Made by a program: the position numbers and the translations under genes. 64,000 nt of DNA from Mobula hypostoma (Eukaryota): NCBI RefSeq assembly GCF_963921235.1, contig NC_086097.1, forward strand, positions 124,374,001 to 124,438,000, read 5' to 3'. The notes beneath the pieces are model-generated. The model ran no database searches and was not told where the DNA came from. It was given only the letters and a program-made list of their open reading frames with translations. Positions within the stretch are counted from its first letter, which is position 1. Every line of letters begins with the position of its first letter. Below are positions 25,631-37,859 of this stretch, piece after piece.

Positions 25631-26249
25631 ATTAATGAGTTGATGTGGATGGAAGTTTGAGTCATTCTGTAGTACTACCACCAGGCGCTTGCTGCTGCCA
25701 AAGGAAGAGAATCAATCTGGTTACTGTTTGGTGCTGACTCGAGCAGATATCAGAAGGAAAATGACAGATCAGTGGCCATAGTAATAGACCAGGATCAATG
25801 GTCAATCAGAGTTTCAAACAGAAAGGTGTGAAACTAAATTCAATAAACTTAGTAACTTAGAGGCTGGCATCAAAAGAAGAAAGATTACCATGGAAGCTGC
25901 CAGGGTGCATAAAAATCCACAAGTTCATCAAAGTTCTTCAGGGGAAACTTATGACTCCAAAATGAGGAGACAAACTACCTTGATAAACACAATTGCAGTC
26001 ACTCCTCAGAATGATTGAAGGCTGGTAATAAGTGTGCAAACCTAGAACATCTTTTTATAAAACGCATGAGGTCTCCTGCAGGAAAACTCCATGAAAGAGT
26101 TAGATACTTGCAGCTTGGTAGTTTCAGATCCATCATCACTAATTAGTAAAATTACGCTCAATTACAAACTAGAAATAAGATTAAGTAAAACCATCTGTAA
26201 TACAATATATCAAAGTTAAACATAGATCAAATTCACTCAGTGTCCACTT

Positions 26250-26700
26250 CATTCAAAGATTGCTTAACGTCATTTCCAGTAAGCAAGTGTGAAGGAGAAC
26301 GAAATAATTGTTACCCTGGATCTGATGCAACGTACAAACAAACAATAAGATAAAGAATACAATAATTAAAAAAACACAATAAATATAAATACTTAATCAG
26401 ATAGCTTATATACATAGATTGATTGTATGTACATAAAGTGATGCTTTGGCACAGGAGTGTCTGTACACAAGCTGACTGACAGGAAATGATTAAGTAGTAG
26501 TGATGGGAGTGTGAAGGGGTGGGTTAGTGGGTGGAGGTGTCGATCAGCCTTACTGCTTGGGGCAAGTAACTGATTTTAGGTCTGGTGACCCTCGTGTGAA
26601 CGCTATGTTGGGATGGAAATGAGACAAAAAGTCCATGAGCAGGGTGGGTGAAATCCTTCATGATGTAACTACCCCTTTTCTGGCACCTTTCTGTATATAC
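26250..26700 (-). mobile_element. Rex-Babar-like LINE 3' fragment
   Basis: ORF 26524-26736 RCQKRGSYIMKDFTHPAHGLF..YLPQAVRLI. Confidence 0.7.
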
Positions 26701-26879
26701 GCGAGGGGGTTTGGGAAGTTTAAAGGAGATTTGCAAAACAAGTTCTTGTTTTTACACAGATAGTGGTTGGCTGCCAGAGGACCTAATGAAAACAGATGGA
26801 ACAGGAATGTTTAAGAGGCAGTTAGACCTGAAGATGAAAAGCAGGGAATGGCAGGGCATAAAGATGAGCTAAATTTGTT

Positions 26880-27190
26880 GAATGTACATTGAACCGAACT
26901 GTAAAATGGGCCATTTGCATCAAATCAAATCAGTGAGGCTTGTGTCAGAACAGCTTGTAAGTATTGCCACACTTTTGGCTCCAACTTAGCATGGCCACAA
27001 CTCACTAACCCTAATCGTGCAACTTTGGAATGTGGGAGGAAACCAGAGCACCCGGAGGAAACCCACGTGGCTGGAGGATTCGGGGAGAACATACAAACTC
27101 CACGTGGACGGTGGTGGAAATTGAACCCTGATCTTACAGCTGATGCTGTAAGTCATTTCGCTGACCGCGATGCTACCATGCCACCCCATA
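26880..27190 (-). mobile_element. V-domain SINE (HE1-like)
   Basis: V-SINE core gtgggtttcctccgggtgctctggtttcctcccacattccaaag on the minus strand. Confidence 0.75.
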
Positions 27191-27274
27191 ATATTCAGGC
27201 AGATGTGCAGTTTGATATGGCAGCAAGGTTGGCACGGAGACTATGGGCGAGAGGGCCTGTACTGTGGTGTTGTA

Positions 27275-27765
27275 CACCCAGTGGCTACTTTACTAGATAC
27301 CTGCTTGTTAATGCAAATATCTAATCAGCCAATCATGTGGCAGCAACTCAATGCATAGAAACATGCAGACATGGCCAAGAGGTTCAGTTGTTGTTCAGAC
27401 CGAACATCAGAATGAGGGAGAAATGTGATCTATGTGACTTTGATAGTGGAATGATTGTTGGTGTCAGACAGTGGATTGAGTGTCTCAGAAACTGCTGATC
27501 TCTTGGGATTTTCATGCACAACGGTCTCTGGAGTTTACAGAGAATGCTGCAAAAAAGACATAAAAACATACAGTCAACAGCAGTTCTGTGGGTGAAATGC
27601 CTTGTTAATGAGAGAGGTCAGAGGAGAATAGCCAGACTGATTCCAGCTGACAGGAAGGCAACAGTAACTCAAATAGCCATGTGTTACAACAGGGGGGGCA
27701 AAAGAGCATGTCTGAGTAACCATGAAGTGGGCAGGCTTCAGCTGCAGAAGACCACAAGCATACAG
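27275..27765 (+). mobile_element. Tc1-like deletion derivative (left end)
   Basis: TA plus TIR cacccagtggctacttt, then transposase N-terminus KCDLCDFDSGMIVG..ETADLLGF..KCLVNERGQRRIARL. Confidence 0.8.
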
Positions 27766-28080
27766 AAAGAGAGCAAACATAGTGAAGTAATGATCGTGGT
27801 TTCATTGGCCGTCCAGAAATCTGATGGTGGAGGGGAAGAATCAGGAATCCCAAGGCTCTGGAAACATTTGCATTTTAGCTGAATTATGGGAATGTAAGCC
27901 CAGAGAGAAGTAAACAAACAAAAATAAAGCAAACTCTTTAAAATCACTGTTATGAAACCTTTGAGCAAATGTTTTAAGGAGATGTGAAACAATTTAAAAT
28001 ATGCCGATGTCAGAACAGGAAGATGGAGAGAACGAGAAAAGAGGGGAGAGTCAGTTTATACTTTCAAATGATCTAATACC

Positions 28081-28712
28081 AAATGAAAGAAACAAACATT
28101 CGAAGTTTCTTTTGGTGGCCAGACTGTTTATTATGGCTCAATATACAACACTATGTATTGCTTCATTGCATAACATCTCAATTCAAAAGATAATAAACAT
28201 TCAAAGTGAACAATATGAGAGCTTCAGAGTTGAAGCAGTCAAGTAGCTCCATTTTATGAATCATCGTTTAAAAAACCGTGTATGACTATGTGGTGTGTGA
28301 TTAAATATTCCACTTTAACTATGATTCACTTTATTGGAATTCATATGCAGTCCAACACATGTTAAAATGTTTTGTCAGTTCTTTTAATATCTAATGGTGA
28401 TCATCACAATCAAAAACATTGCTAAAAATGCTCAGACTTTCATATGTGTACTCATTCCTCGTCTATATTGGCTTTACGGTACATCTTAGTAACACCACAG
28501 TGATAACTATTCCATTATTTTTCATCCAGATAACCAGTTCCTTGGGAGAAATTAGAACTCCCAAACATTAACCCTATTAAGTATTGAGAGAAGGCAATGT
28601 GTATCTTGATCCCTCGAGACAGCTGAAGTTGGTGGCCCAAAGTACGGTCAGTCAGATAGGGTATTGCACCAAAAAACCATGTTAATGCTGTACTTAATGT
28701 TTTTGTCCATGG
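28081..28712 (-). other. Putative SNX31 3' UTR with poly(A) signals
   Basis: Repeat-free AT-rich sequence after the stop codon. Minus-strand AATAAA at 28330-28335 and 28127-28132; the latter is followed by a GT/T-rich tract (tgtttgtttctttcattt, ~28081-28100). Confidence 0.55.
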
Positions 28713-28811
28713 TCACAATTGATCATCAGCTATGTCATCAAATACACTTGCATCGCATTTTCCTATCACTGCCTTATACTGATTTTGTTCTGCTGTTCCG
28801 GAATGTTTACT
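28713..28811 (-). CDS. SNX31: SNX31-like terminal coding exon (with stop)
   Basis: Acceptor tgtttcattttctAG. It encodes SKHSGTAEQNQYKAVIGKCDASVFDDIADDQL-TGA; the C-terminus resembles the SNX17/31 FxxIxDEDL tail. Confidence 0.85.
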   Translation of the reverse strand, partial: SKHSGTAEQNQYKAVIGKCDASVFDDIADDQL

Positions 28812-29984
28812 CTAGAAAATGAAACAGAATTATTTGCGTTCAGATTTGCACAAAAACATTTATAATCATGCATAAAACGTGTATGTCACTAAAAAATTCC
28901 GTGATGACTTTTTATGCAGCAACCTAATCTTCAACACAAAAATGGTAGTTTGGTAATGGGATACATTTTGGAAAGTTTGTGCACCTTCTATTTTAACAAC
29001 TCTGATCTGGAAACGTTAATTAATTCATTGTTTATAGATTCAAAGAGATATATAGAGTGGAAATAGTCCAACATGCCCTTGCTGAACCAAGATGCTCAGC
29101 TGTGTGAATCCCATTTTCCTGCATCGGGCCCATGTCTCCCTCATCCTTTCCTATCCATGTACCTACACAAACATCCTTTAATCGTTCTAATTGTACCCAC
29201 CTCCACCACTTCCACTAGCAGCTTGTCCCATATACCCAGCACCTTTGTCCTTTAGATCCCCTTTAAATGTTTCCCCTCTTACCTTAAACCTAAAAATCCT
29301 CTACATTGGGGAAAAGTTGACCATCTACCACCATCAACGTCAACCAGAAGACATCGGAGTAGAATTATCCTCCAAGCCACACTTAGCTGTCAACGCCTTC
29401 TATTTGAGTGGTGGGCTCCCCCTCCTACTAAGGGGGAGATACTTACAGCTAACAAAGTAGTTTAACCCACAGTTCATTTATTTTTAGTGATACACATTTA
29501 AATCCAGATAAAATTCTCCAGCGTCATTTGGAGGCGTGGTGCATACTGCTTGCAAACTGTGAATAGTCGAAGGTCCAAAAACTTGATGGGACGTTTGTAC
29601 TGGGGAAGCTCCCTGTACAGGAACTTACCCCTGTATTCTTCTTTTCCTAGCTATAGTCAATCTTTTAGGTAATTCTTGTGCATATTCCCAAGCATCTGTT
29701 CTACAGACTTTACTTATACCTCTAGGGTATGCTGGTGTGGGTGCTACCTCATGTGAGCCTGGAAGGAATATGCAACATCCCATGCATTGGGACCAAGATA
29801 TGGGTCACCAGGTGCTATCACGTAAGCATGTGGTTCCCACCTGGGTGTTTGGTTTCTATTTAAAATAGGGGATACAATTCCTATAAGCTAAAAAGACATA
29901 CCAATGATGTAGATGAACGAATCATCCATTGCAGAAATCAAAGGCAGAGGAATGGATTCCAGTTCTGAGTTTCATCCTCCTCAG

Positions 29985-30490
29985 AAAGTAGAGGCTTTGG
30001 TGAGCTTTCTTGACTATGTTGGATGTGTTCTGGGGCCACGGGAGGTTGTGTGTGATGTACACCCCCAGGAGTTTGAAACTACTTTTTCACTGCTGTGTCA
30101 CCAATGTAAAAGGGAGTGTGAGTGGTGCAAGTTCTCCTGAAATCAATAACCATCTCCTTTGTCTTGTTGACATTAAGGAACAGGTTATTTGCCTGACACC
30201 AAGCCTTGAGTTCTTCCAGCTCCTCTCTGTGGACTATCTCATCGTTGTCGGTGATGTTCCCTACCACTGTCGTGTCAGCAGCAAGCTTGACGATGTGATT
30301 GCTCGGGTGTTTGGCCGTGCAGTCGTGCGTGAGCTCAGCACACAGCTCCAGGAGGGCAGCCATGTTGAGGATAATGGGGAGGGAGGAGTGGCTGTGCACC
30401 TTGACTATTTGAGACCTGGTCATTAGGAAGTCCAACACCCAGCTGCATGGTGGTGTATTTAGACCAAGGAGTAGAAGTTCGTCCACCAAG
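29985..30490 (-). mobile_element. Rex-Babar-like RT fragment
   Basis: WVLDFL..KLAADTTVVGNI..WCQANNLFLNVNKTKEMVIDFRR. Confidence 0.8.
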
Positions 30491-30494
30491 GTCC

Positions 30495-31265
30495 CCCCAG
30501 TAACCTTTAATGCCTTTACTAATCAAGAACCTACCAACCTCTCCACTTTAAATATTCCCAATGATTTGGCCTATACAGCTGTCTGTGGCAATGAATTCCA
30601 CAGACAGATTCACCACCCTCTGACTGAAGTAATCCCTCTATTCAAAAGGGACATCCTTCTATTCTGAGGCTGTGCCCTTTGGTCCTAAACTCACCACTAC
30701 AGGAAACGTCATCTCCACATCCACTCTATCTAGGCCATTCAATATTTGATAGGTTTCAGTGAAATCCCCCCTCATTCTTCTAAACTCCAGCAGGTACAGC
30801 CCCAAAGCTATCAAACACTCCTCCTATGTTAACCTTTTCATTCCTGTGATTATTCGTGAACCACCTATGGACCCTCTCCAGTATCAGTACATCCTTTCTT
30901 AGTTAAGGGGCCCAAAACTACTCCCAATACCCCAAGTGCAATCTGGCCTTATAAAGCCTCAACAACATATCTGTGCCTTTATATTCTGGTTCTCTTGAAA
31001 TGTATGCTAACATTGCATTAACAATGCATTGACTCAACCTGCAAGTTCACCTTTAGGAAATCTAGCACAAGCACTCCCAAGTCCCTTCGCACCTCTGATT
31101 TCTGAATTTGCTCCTCATTTAGAAAATAGTCTGCGCCTTTATTCTTTCTACCAAAGTGCATGACCATACACCACCCTACACCGCTTTCCATCTGCCACTT
31201 CTATGCCCATTCTCCTAATCTGCACAAGACCTCTGCGTACTCTGTTTCCTCATCACTACCTGGCC
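30495..31265 (-). mobile_element. CR1 LINE 3' fragment
   Basis: Matches the CR1 3' sequences at 11355-11785 and 56876-57300. Confidence 0.8.
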
Positions 31266-31944
31266 CTGGTCACAAGCCTTTTACTCATTCAAGGACCTGT
31301 ATAGAGATACACTGGATCATGTGGAGCCCATCAATCTCATTTTCCATGCAGGAAAACGCGCCCATGGGTAGTGCCAGGTTATGTTTGACCCGAGTACATC
31401 AGCTCCACAGAAAGGAATGGCAGAGATCAGCCATTGCATGTAATGTAATAAGAACTTTTAAATATTTGATTTAATTAAGCTGGCTTAATTTTTTTTAGCT
31501 GTTTTTAATTTTAAAGAAATGATAGTTCACATGTGAATTTTAATGTCTGCGATAGCTTTGAAGCTGGGGCCTGGACCGCACCGCACTCTGTTAAAGCGGC
31601 TATGTCAGCGCAGACAGAGAGCTTTGCTGGGAAAGGTGTCTTATGACACCACACCGTGCAGAGAAACCCTGATGGGGGAGGTTTGCACTTGGCAACAAGT
31701 GGCCCCGCTTCAAGAGCAGTCAGCCAGTGATATCAGGGCAGAAAAAAGTGCAAAGTATAATGGAGGTTTGTTTAAGAGAATAGATGAAGCAGATTCAGTG
31801 AAAATAAACTGAATTTAGTTTATTTTAAACTCTTGGGCCAGAAGTTAACTGACAGCGTGCACCCTGTGTAAGGCCACTAGTGGACTACCACTCATTCCAA
31901 GCATGGTCATGAATGCTAAGTCCATTTAATACCATAAAGTGAAG

Positions 31945-33730
31945 ACATAGAAACATAGAAAATAGGTGCAGGAGTAGGCCATTCGGCCCTTTGAGCCTGC
32001 ACCACCATTTATTATGATCATGGCTGATCATCCAACTCAGAACCCCGCCCCAGCCTTCCCTCCATACCCCCTGATCCCCGTAGCCACAAGGGCCATATCT
32101 AACTCCCTCTTAAATATAACCAATCAACTGGCCTCAACTGTTTCCTGTGGCAGAGAATTCCACAGATTCACCACTCTCTGTGTGAAGAAGTTTTTACTAA
32201 TCTCGGTCCTAAAAGGCTTCCCCTTTATCCTCAAACTGTGACCCCTCGTTCTGGACTTCCCCAACATCGGGAACAATCTTCCTGCATCTAGCCTGTCCAA
32301 TCCTTTTAGGATTTTATGTGTTTCAATCAGATCCCCCCTCAATCTTCTAAATTCCAACGAGTACAAGCCCAGTTCATCCAGTCTTTCTTCATATGAAAGC
32401 CATGCCATCCCAGGAATCAATCTGGTGAACCTTCTTTGTACTCCCTCTATGACAAGGATGTCTTTCCTCAGATTAGGGGACCAAAACTGCACACAATACT
32501 CCAGGTGTGGTCTCACCAAGGCCTTGTACAACTGCAGCAGTACCTCCCTGCTCCTGTACTCGAATCCTCTCGCTATAAATGCCAGCATACCATTCGCCTT
32601 TTTCACCGCCTGCTGTACCTGCATGCCCACTTTCAATGACTGGTGTATAATGACACCCAGGTCTCGTTGCACCTCCCCTTTTCCTAATCGGCCACCATTC
32701 AGATAATAACCTGTTTTCCTATTTTTGCCACCAAAGTGGATAACTTCACATTTATCTACATTAAATTGCATCTGCCATGAATTTGCCCACTCACCCAACC
32801 TATCCAAGTCACTCTGCATCCTCTTAGCATCCTCCTCACAGCTAACACTGCCACCCAGCTTTGTGTCATCCGCAAACTTGGAGATGATGCATTTAATTCC
32901 CTCATCCAAGTCATTAATATATATTGTAAACAACTGGGGTCCCAGCACTGAGCCCTGCGGTACCCCACTAGTCACCGCCTGCCATTCTGAAAAGGTCCCG
33001 TTTATTCCCACTCTTTGCTTCCTGTCTGCTAACCAATTCTCCATCCACATCAATACCTTACCCCCAATACCGTGTGCTTTAAGTTTGCACACTAATCTCC
33101 TGTGTGGGACCTTGTCAAAAGCCGTTTGAAAATCCAAATATACCACATCCACTGGTTCTCCCCTATCCACTCTACTAGTTACATCCTCAAAAAATTCTAT
33201 GAGATTCGTCAGACATGATTTTCCTTTCACAAATCCATGCTGACTTTGTCCGATCATTTCACCGCTTTCCAAATGTGCTGTTATCACATCTTTGATAACT
33301 GACTCCAGCAGTTTCCCCACCACCGACGTTAGGCTAACCGGTCTATAATTCCCCGGTTTCTCTCTCCCTCCTTTTTTAAAAAGTGGGGTTACATTAGCCA
33401 CCCTCCAATCCTCAGGAACTAGTCCAGAATCTAACGAGTTTTGAAAAATTATCACTAATGCATCCACTATTTCTTGGGCTACTTCCTTAAGCACTCTGGG
33501 ATGCAGACCATCTGGCCCTGGGGATTTATCTGCCTTCAATCCCTTCAATTTACCTAACACCACTTCCCTACTAACATGTATTTCGCTCAGTTCCTCCATC
33601 TCACTGGACCTTCTGTCCCTTACTATTTCTGGAAGATTATTTATGTCCTCCTTAGTGAAGACAGAACCAAAGTAATTATTCAATTGGTCTGCCATGTCCT
33701 TGCTCCCCATAATCAATTCACCTGTTTCTA
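31945..33730 (-). mobile_element. Young 5'-truncated CR1 LINE with an open 530-codon RT frame (32124-33716)
   Basis: Intact RT motifs (NYRPVSLTSVVGK, GVPQGSVLGP, KFADDTKLGG) and a (TTTCTATG)n tail. Near-identical to the copy at 63808-64000. Confidence 0.95.
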
Positions 33731-34010
33731 ACGATGTAGTGTTGTGGTTAGTGCAATGATATTACAGCTCCAGGCATTCAGAGGAGTTCAATTCCAGCAC
33801 TGTCTGTAAAGATTGTCTTACGTTCTCCTTGTGACAGTGTGGGATTCCTCCAGATGCACCGGTCTCGTCCCACAGTCCAAAGACGTACCGTTAATTGGTC
33901 ATTGTAATTTGTCCTGTGTTAGGCTGGGGCTAAACAGGCAGATGGCTGGGTGGTGCAGCTTGTTGGGCTGGAGGGGTCTGTTCCATGCTGTATCTCTAGA
34001 TAAATATATC
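33731..34010 (+). mobile_element. V-domain SINE (HE1-like)
   Basis: tRNA-like head with gagttcaattcc and V core tcccacagtccaaagacgtacc. Confidence 0.7.
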
Positions 34011-34319
34011 TGAAGTGGACGTGTTGTTGAATTAAGAATATACATGGAACGGGAAGTAGCTACAAACATTGATCCATTTGCTGGAACGTGTCCTTATTCT
34101 ACTTTAAAATGGAAAGTAAATGTGTCTTCGTTAAGCCAGCAGTTGGATGACATTTGCAGACTGCCCAAGCTTTCACAATCAAATAGCAAAACGGAAACTT
34201 TGAAAAGTATAGCACTGTTTTGACAAGAAATGGTGCAATTTACGTCGCACAGGCAAAGCAATAAAAAGATGCTTTTGCATCTGGCTTCACTGAAAGTGAG
34301 AATCTGTCAAGTTACAGTA

Positions 34320-34615
34320 TAGAACATAGAAAACCTACAGCACAATACAGGCCCTTTGGCCCACAAAGCTGTGCCGAACATGTACTTACTTTAGAAATTA
34401 CCTCGGGTTACCCATAGCCCTCTATTTTTCTAAGCTCCATGTACCTCTCCAGGAGTCTCTTAAAAGACCCTATCATATCCACCTCCACCACTGTAGCCGG
34501 CAGCCCATTCCACACACTCACCACTCTCTGTGGAAAAAAAACTTACCCCTGACATCTCCTCTGTTCCTACCTCCAAGCACCTTAAAACTGTGCCCTCTCA
34601 TGATAGCCATTTCAG
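34320..34615 (-). mobile_element. HER1/CR1 3' fragment
   Basis: Near-identical to 37960-38270 (inverted) and 55148-55450. Confidence 0.85.
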
Positions 34616-35619
34616 TACGGAGTGCAAGAGGAGCTTGGCAGAGTTAATATCTATTCCGGATAGATTGTATCTTAAACTACTAAGGGAAAGGAAGGAGGCA
34701 GTGCGATCTTTCGACTGAGTACGATATTCACTTAGCGATGCATGGGCAGCTACCATCACCGGCCCATGACAGAGTGGTGTCAGGGTCCAGTGGCATTGAA
34801 CGCAGGACGACTGGGGACCCCTTCACTGCCGTTGTGATGTGTCATCATCTTCTGCCAGCTCCACTGTTGAGGTCTTGGTTGAATCACTCTTTGTCTGGAA
34901 CCTCACTCTTGACCTCTCTGCCATGGGTGACCCTAGCAGGAGCTAAACTCTGGACAGTACTGCTCTGGGGATCTCAGGAACTCACAATGTAGAAGTGTAG
35001 AGGCTCTGACCACACTTCTCCATTTCTCGGCGGTAAGAAAGTGGTAGAGGACAACAAATGTCATATTCCTGCTTAAATAATGACTAGGAATTTAAAGCAT
35101 ATGAGTCACACACTAATAGTGGGAGACTAAAATCTGGGGCAAAATTAATTGCAATTAGAAAACCCATTGCTGATAAATGAAATTTACTAAAGATTTGTTA
35201 AGGTAAATAGTGTCTGACTGATCATCATTGACAACTTAGTGGAAAAGATTCATATGAGCATTTAGAGTTTTAAAAATAGCATTTTAAAATAATAGGCTTG
35301 TTAGTAAGGCTAAAGCCCATGAGATGTAGAGTCAGTAGTTGCTAAGATATGAAAAAGCTAAGGGGAGAAGACTAATGAACGGTTCTGTTCAATTTGGAGC
35401 AATGTGTGCTCAGGTTTTCCTTGGTTATTAGGACTATTTCTATTGTTAGATTGAAGTTCATAACCTATATAGGTTGAGGAAGAATAATTTCAATATTTGC
35501 CAATGACACACAAGTCAAAAATGAGGACAATGGTTTCAGAAGAACATGGACTGGTTGAGGTGGAATGGGGAGGTGGAAAGAAGATGAATTTTAAAGTATT
35601 AATGGGAGCGAAGTGTTTA

Positions 35620-35860
35620 ATTTTTATTTAGAGTACAGCATGGGTGGCAGCCCTCTTGGGCCAACAAGTCTGTGTCGCCCAATTTCACTCAAGTCACCAA
35701 TTACCCTGCTGACCTGTACGCCTTTGGAATGGGGGAGTAAACCAGAGCACCTGGTGTAAAACCGTGCGGTCACAGAGAGAACGTACAAACTCCTTACAGA
35801 CAGTGGCGGGAATTGAAACTGGGTCACTAGCACTGTAATAGCATTACACTAACCGCTACA
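35620..35860 (-). mobile_element. V-domain SINE
   Basis: ggaatgggggagtaaaccagagcacc...gggaattgaaac on +. Confidence 0.7.
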
Positions 35861-36256
35861 TTATATAAGAGTTCCAAGAACAATGGTGTACATCCAAAAA
35901 TCTTTCAAGGTAGGAGCAATCCCTATTAACTGAATATATCTAAACTTAAATAAGTCATCCTGTGCATCATTCAATGCAATTCCTTTTCCAATAATTTCCC
36001 CTGAAAGTATTACTAGCATGAGAAATAATCACAACTTTCATAAGCACGAGAGATTCTGCACATACTGGAAATCCAAAGCAACACACACAAAATGCTGGAG
36101 GAACTCAGCAGGTCAGGCAGCATCTATGAAAAGGAATGAACAGTCAATGTTTCGACCAAGGTTCTGAGTCTGATTCCATGCTGGAGAACATAGAATTGAA
36201 GAAAATCATAATTTCTTCAGCTGCTCCTGAAACTTTGACTCTGATCATGAACTTAC

Positions 36257-36316
36257 CATTGTGGTCTGAGCACTGCGGGGCTTTGGTTTATAATCCAATA
36301 CAACACTCTCCAACTG
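36257..36316 (-). CDS. SNX31: SNX31-like penultimate coding exon
   Basis: 60-nt phase 0/0 open exon QLESVVLDYKPKPRSAQTTM in non-repetitive sequence. Acceptor tttccattttaCAG/CAG, donor ATG/GTAAGT. Size and phase fit between the flanking exons, but protein similarity is weak. Confidence 0.7.
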
Positions 36317-36589
36317 CTGTAAAATGGAAATTCATAGATTAATTTATGTTCTACCAAGTTACAAGTTATTAGAGAGATTTGATTCGCTCAAGGTACAATT
36401 TCTATTCTGGAATAGCTTATGGCAGGTTTATTAAATATATTTAATTCTAGTCATATTTTAAATGCCTCTGAAAGGACATGTCAGGTTAGCAGTATGTAAT
36501 CGTTTGAGACTCTACAAAGTGGAGAGTGCCAGCTGCTAAGAGTGGAAAGCATTGTTTCAACAGAGGCAGCACTTAATACAGTAAATGGT

Positions 36590-37510
36590 GACAGTGCCTC
36601 TACTTTCTTAGACGTTTGCGAAGCTTCAGCATGTCATCTAAGACACTGATAAATTTCTATAGATGCACAGCGGAGAGCATCCTGACCGGTTGCATCATTG
36701 CCTGATGGAAAAACTAGTGCTCTTGAATGGAAAATCTTACAAAAAGTAGAGAATGCAGCCCAGTCCATCACAGGAAAAAAGTCTCCCCACTATTGAGCAC
36801 ATCTGCAAGGAATGCTGCCACAAGAAAGCAGCATCCATCACCAAGGACCCCCACCATCCAGGCCAAGCTCTCTTCTCACTGCTGCCATTGGCAAAGAGGT
36901 ACAGGAGCCTTATGTCCACCACCACCAGGTTCAGGAGCAGTTATTACCCTTCAACCATCAGGCTGTTGAACCAACGTGGATAACTGTTATGTTCGGTAAC
37001 TCCAAGACATAAAGCTAATCAAAAGTAAAACACGAAGCTGGAGATACAGGAGTGCACTTTGTTTTTACTTTTCCTGAGGTGAACAGATATATTGTGGAGG
37101 CATGATAACGTATGCCATTCACATACTTTTACATATAACCCATAACGAATTATGTAAACAGATTGCTTAAACAATGTATTTACAATATTACTCAAGTATT
37201 ACTTAAGTATTAAATACACATCAATAACTTCGCTCACCCCTACACCCAACTAATTCCATTACCTATGGACTCGCTTTCAAGGACTATACAGTTCATGTTC
37301 TCAATATCATTTATTATTTATTCATTTATTTATCTTGTTTTTCTTTTTTTATTTGAAGAAGTTGCTGTCTTTTGCACATTGCCCATTTTTGTGTGTAGCT
37401 TTTCTATTGATCCTATTCTGTAAATGCCTGCAAGAAAATGAATCTCATGGATGTGTATGGTGAAATATACTGTACGCACTTCGATAATAAATTTACTTTG
37501 AACCTTGAAC
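36590..37510 (+). mobile_element. Rex-Babar-like LINE 3' fragment, interrupted by a solo LTR
   Basis: LPTIEHICKECCHKKAASITKDPHHPG..RFRSSYYPSTIRLLN, with tail aataaatttactttgaaccttga. Confidence 0.8.
36985..37223 (-). mobile_element. Gypsy solo LTR
   Basis: Reverse complement is TGATGTG...CATAACA like the LTR at 12915-13190, with a perfect 5-bp TSD ATAAC (36980-36984, 37224-37228). Confidence 0.9.
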
Positions 37511-37859
37511 TTGTTCTGCAGAACATGTATATCAAGCAAGTATAATCTATAACTAAAAGATTTAGAGTCATGGATCAGTGTATTACATTAGGAGTTTCAG
37601 TGCAGGGTTAGAAATATCAATAACAAATCGTTTAAATGAAAATCTATCAGGTAGTATCAAGCCAATTGCAAACTCAGCTGGTGCTGAAATTTTCTTGGGT
37701 CTCTTCAATACTTAAGAACGATAAAGGAGGAGAAATTCCAAAAATCAAGGTTCCTGCTTTTAACACAATGTGTCACAGAGTCCAGCGAGATAGACTTCAG
37801 TATTAACTTCAATTAAGTTAGAGGAAACTCTATATCCTTATTTTGATCATGCTGCCTAA

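Noticed and set aside
29622..29700. Minus-strand GTAAGT donor suggesting an exon
   Set aside because: No phase-compatible open exon with a convincing acceptor.
32124..33716. 530-aa ORF as a functional gene
   Set aside because: It is a 5'-truncated CR1 ORF2 lacking the endonuclease, with a premature stop.
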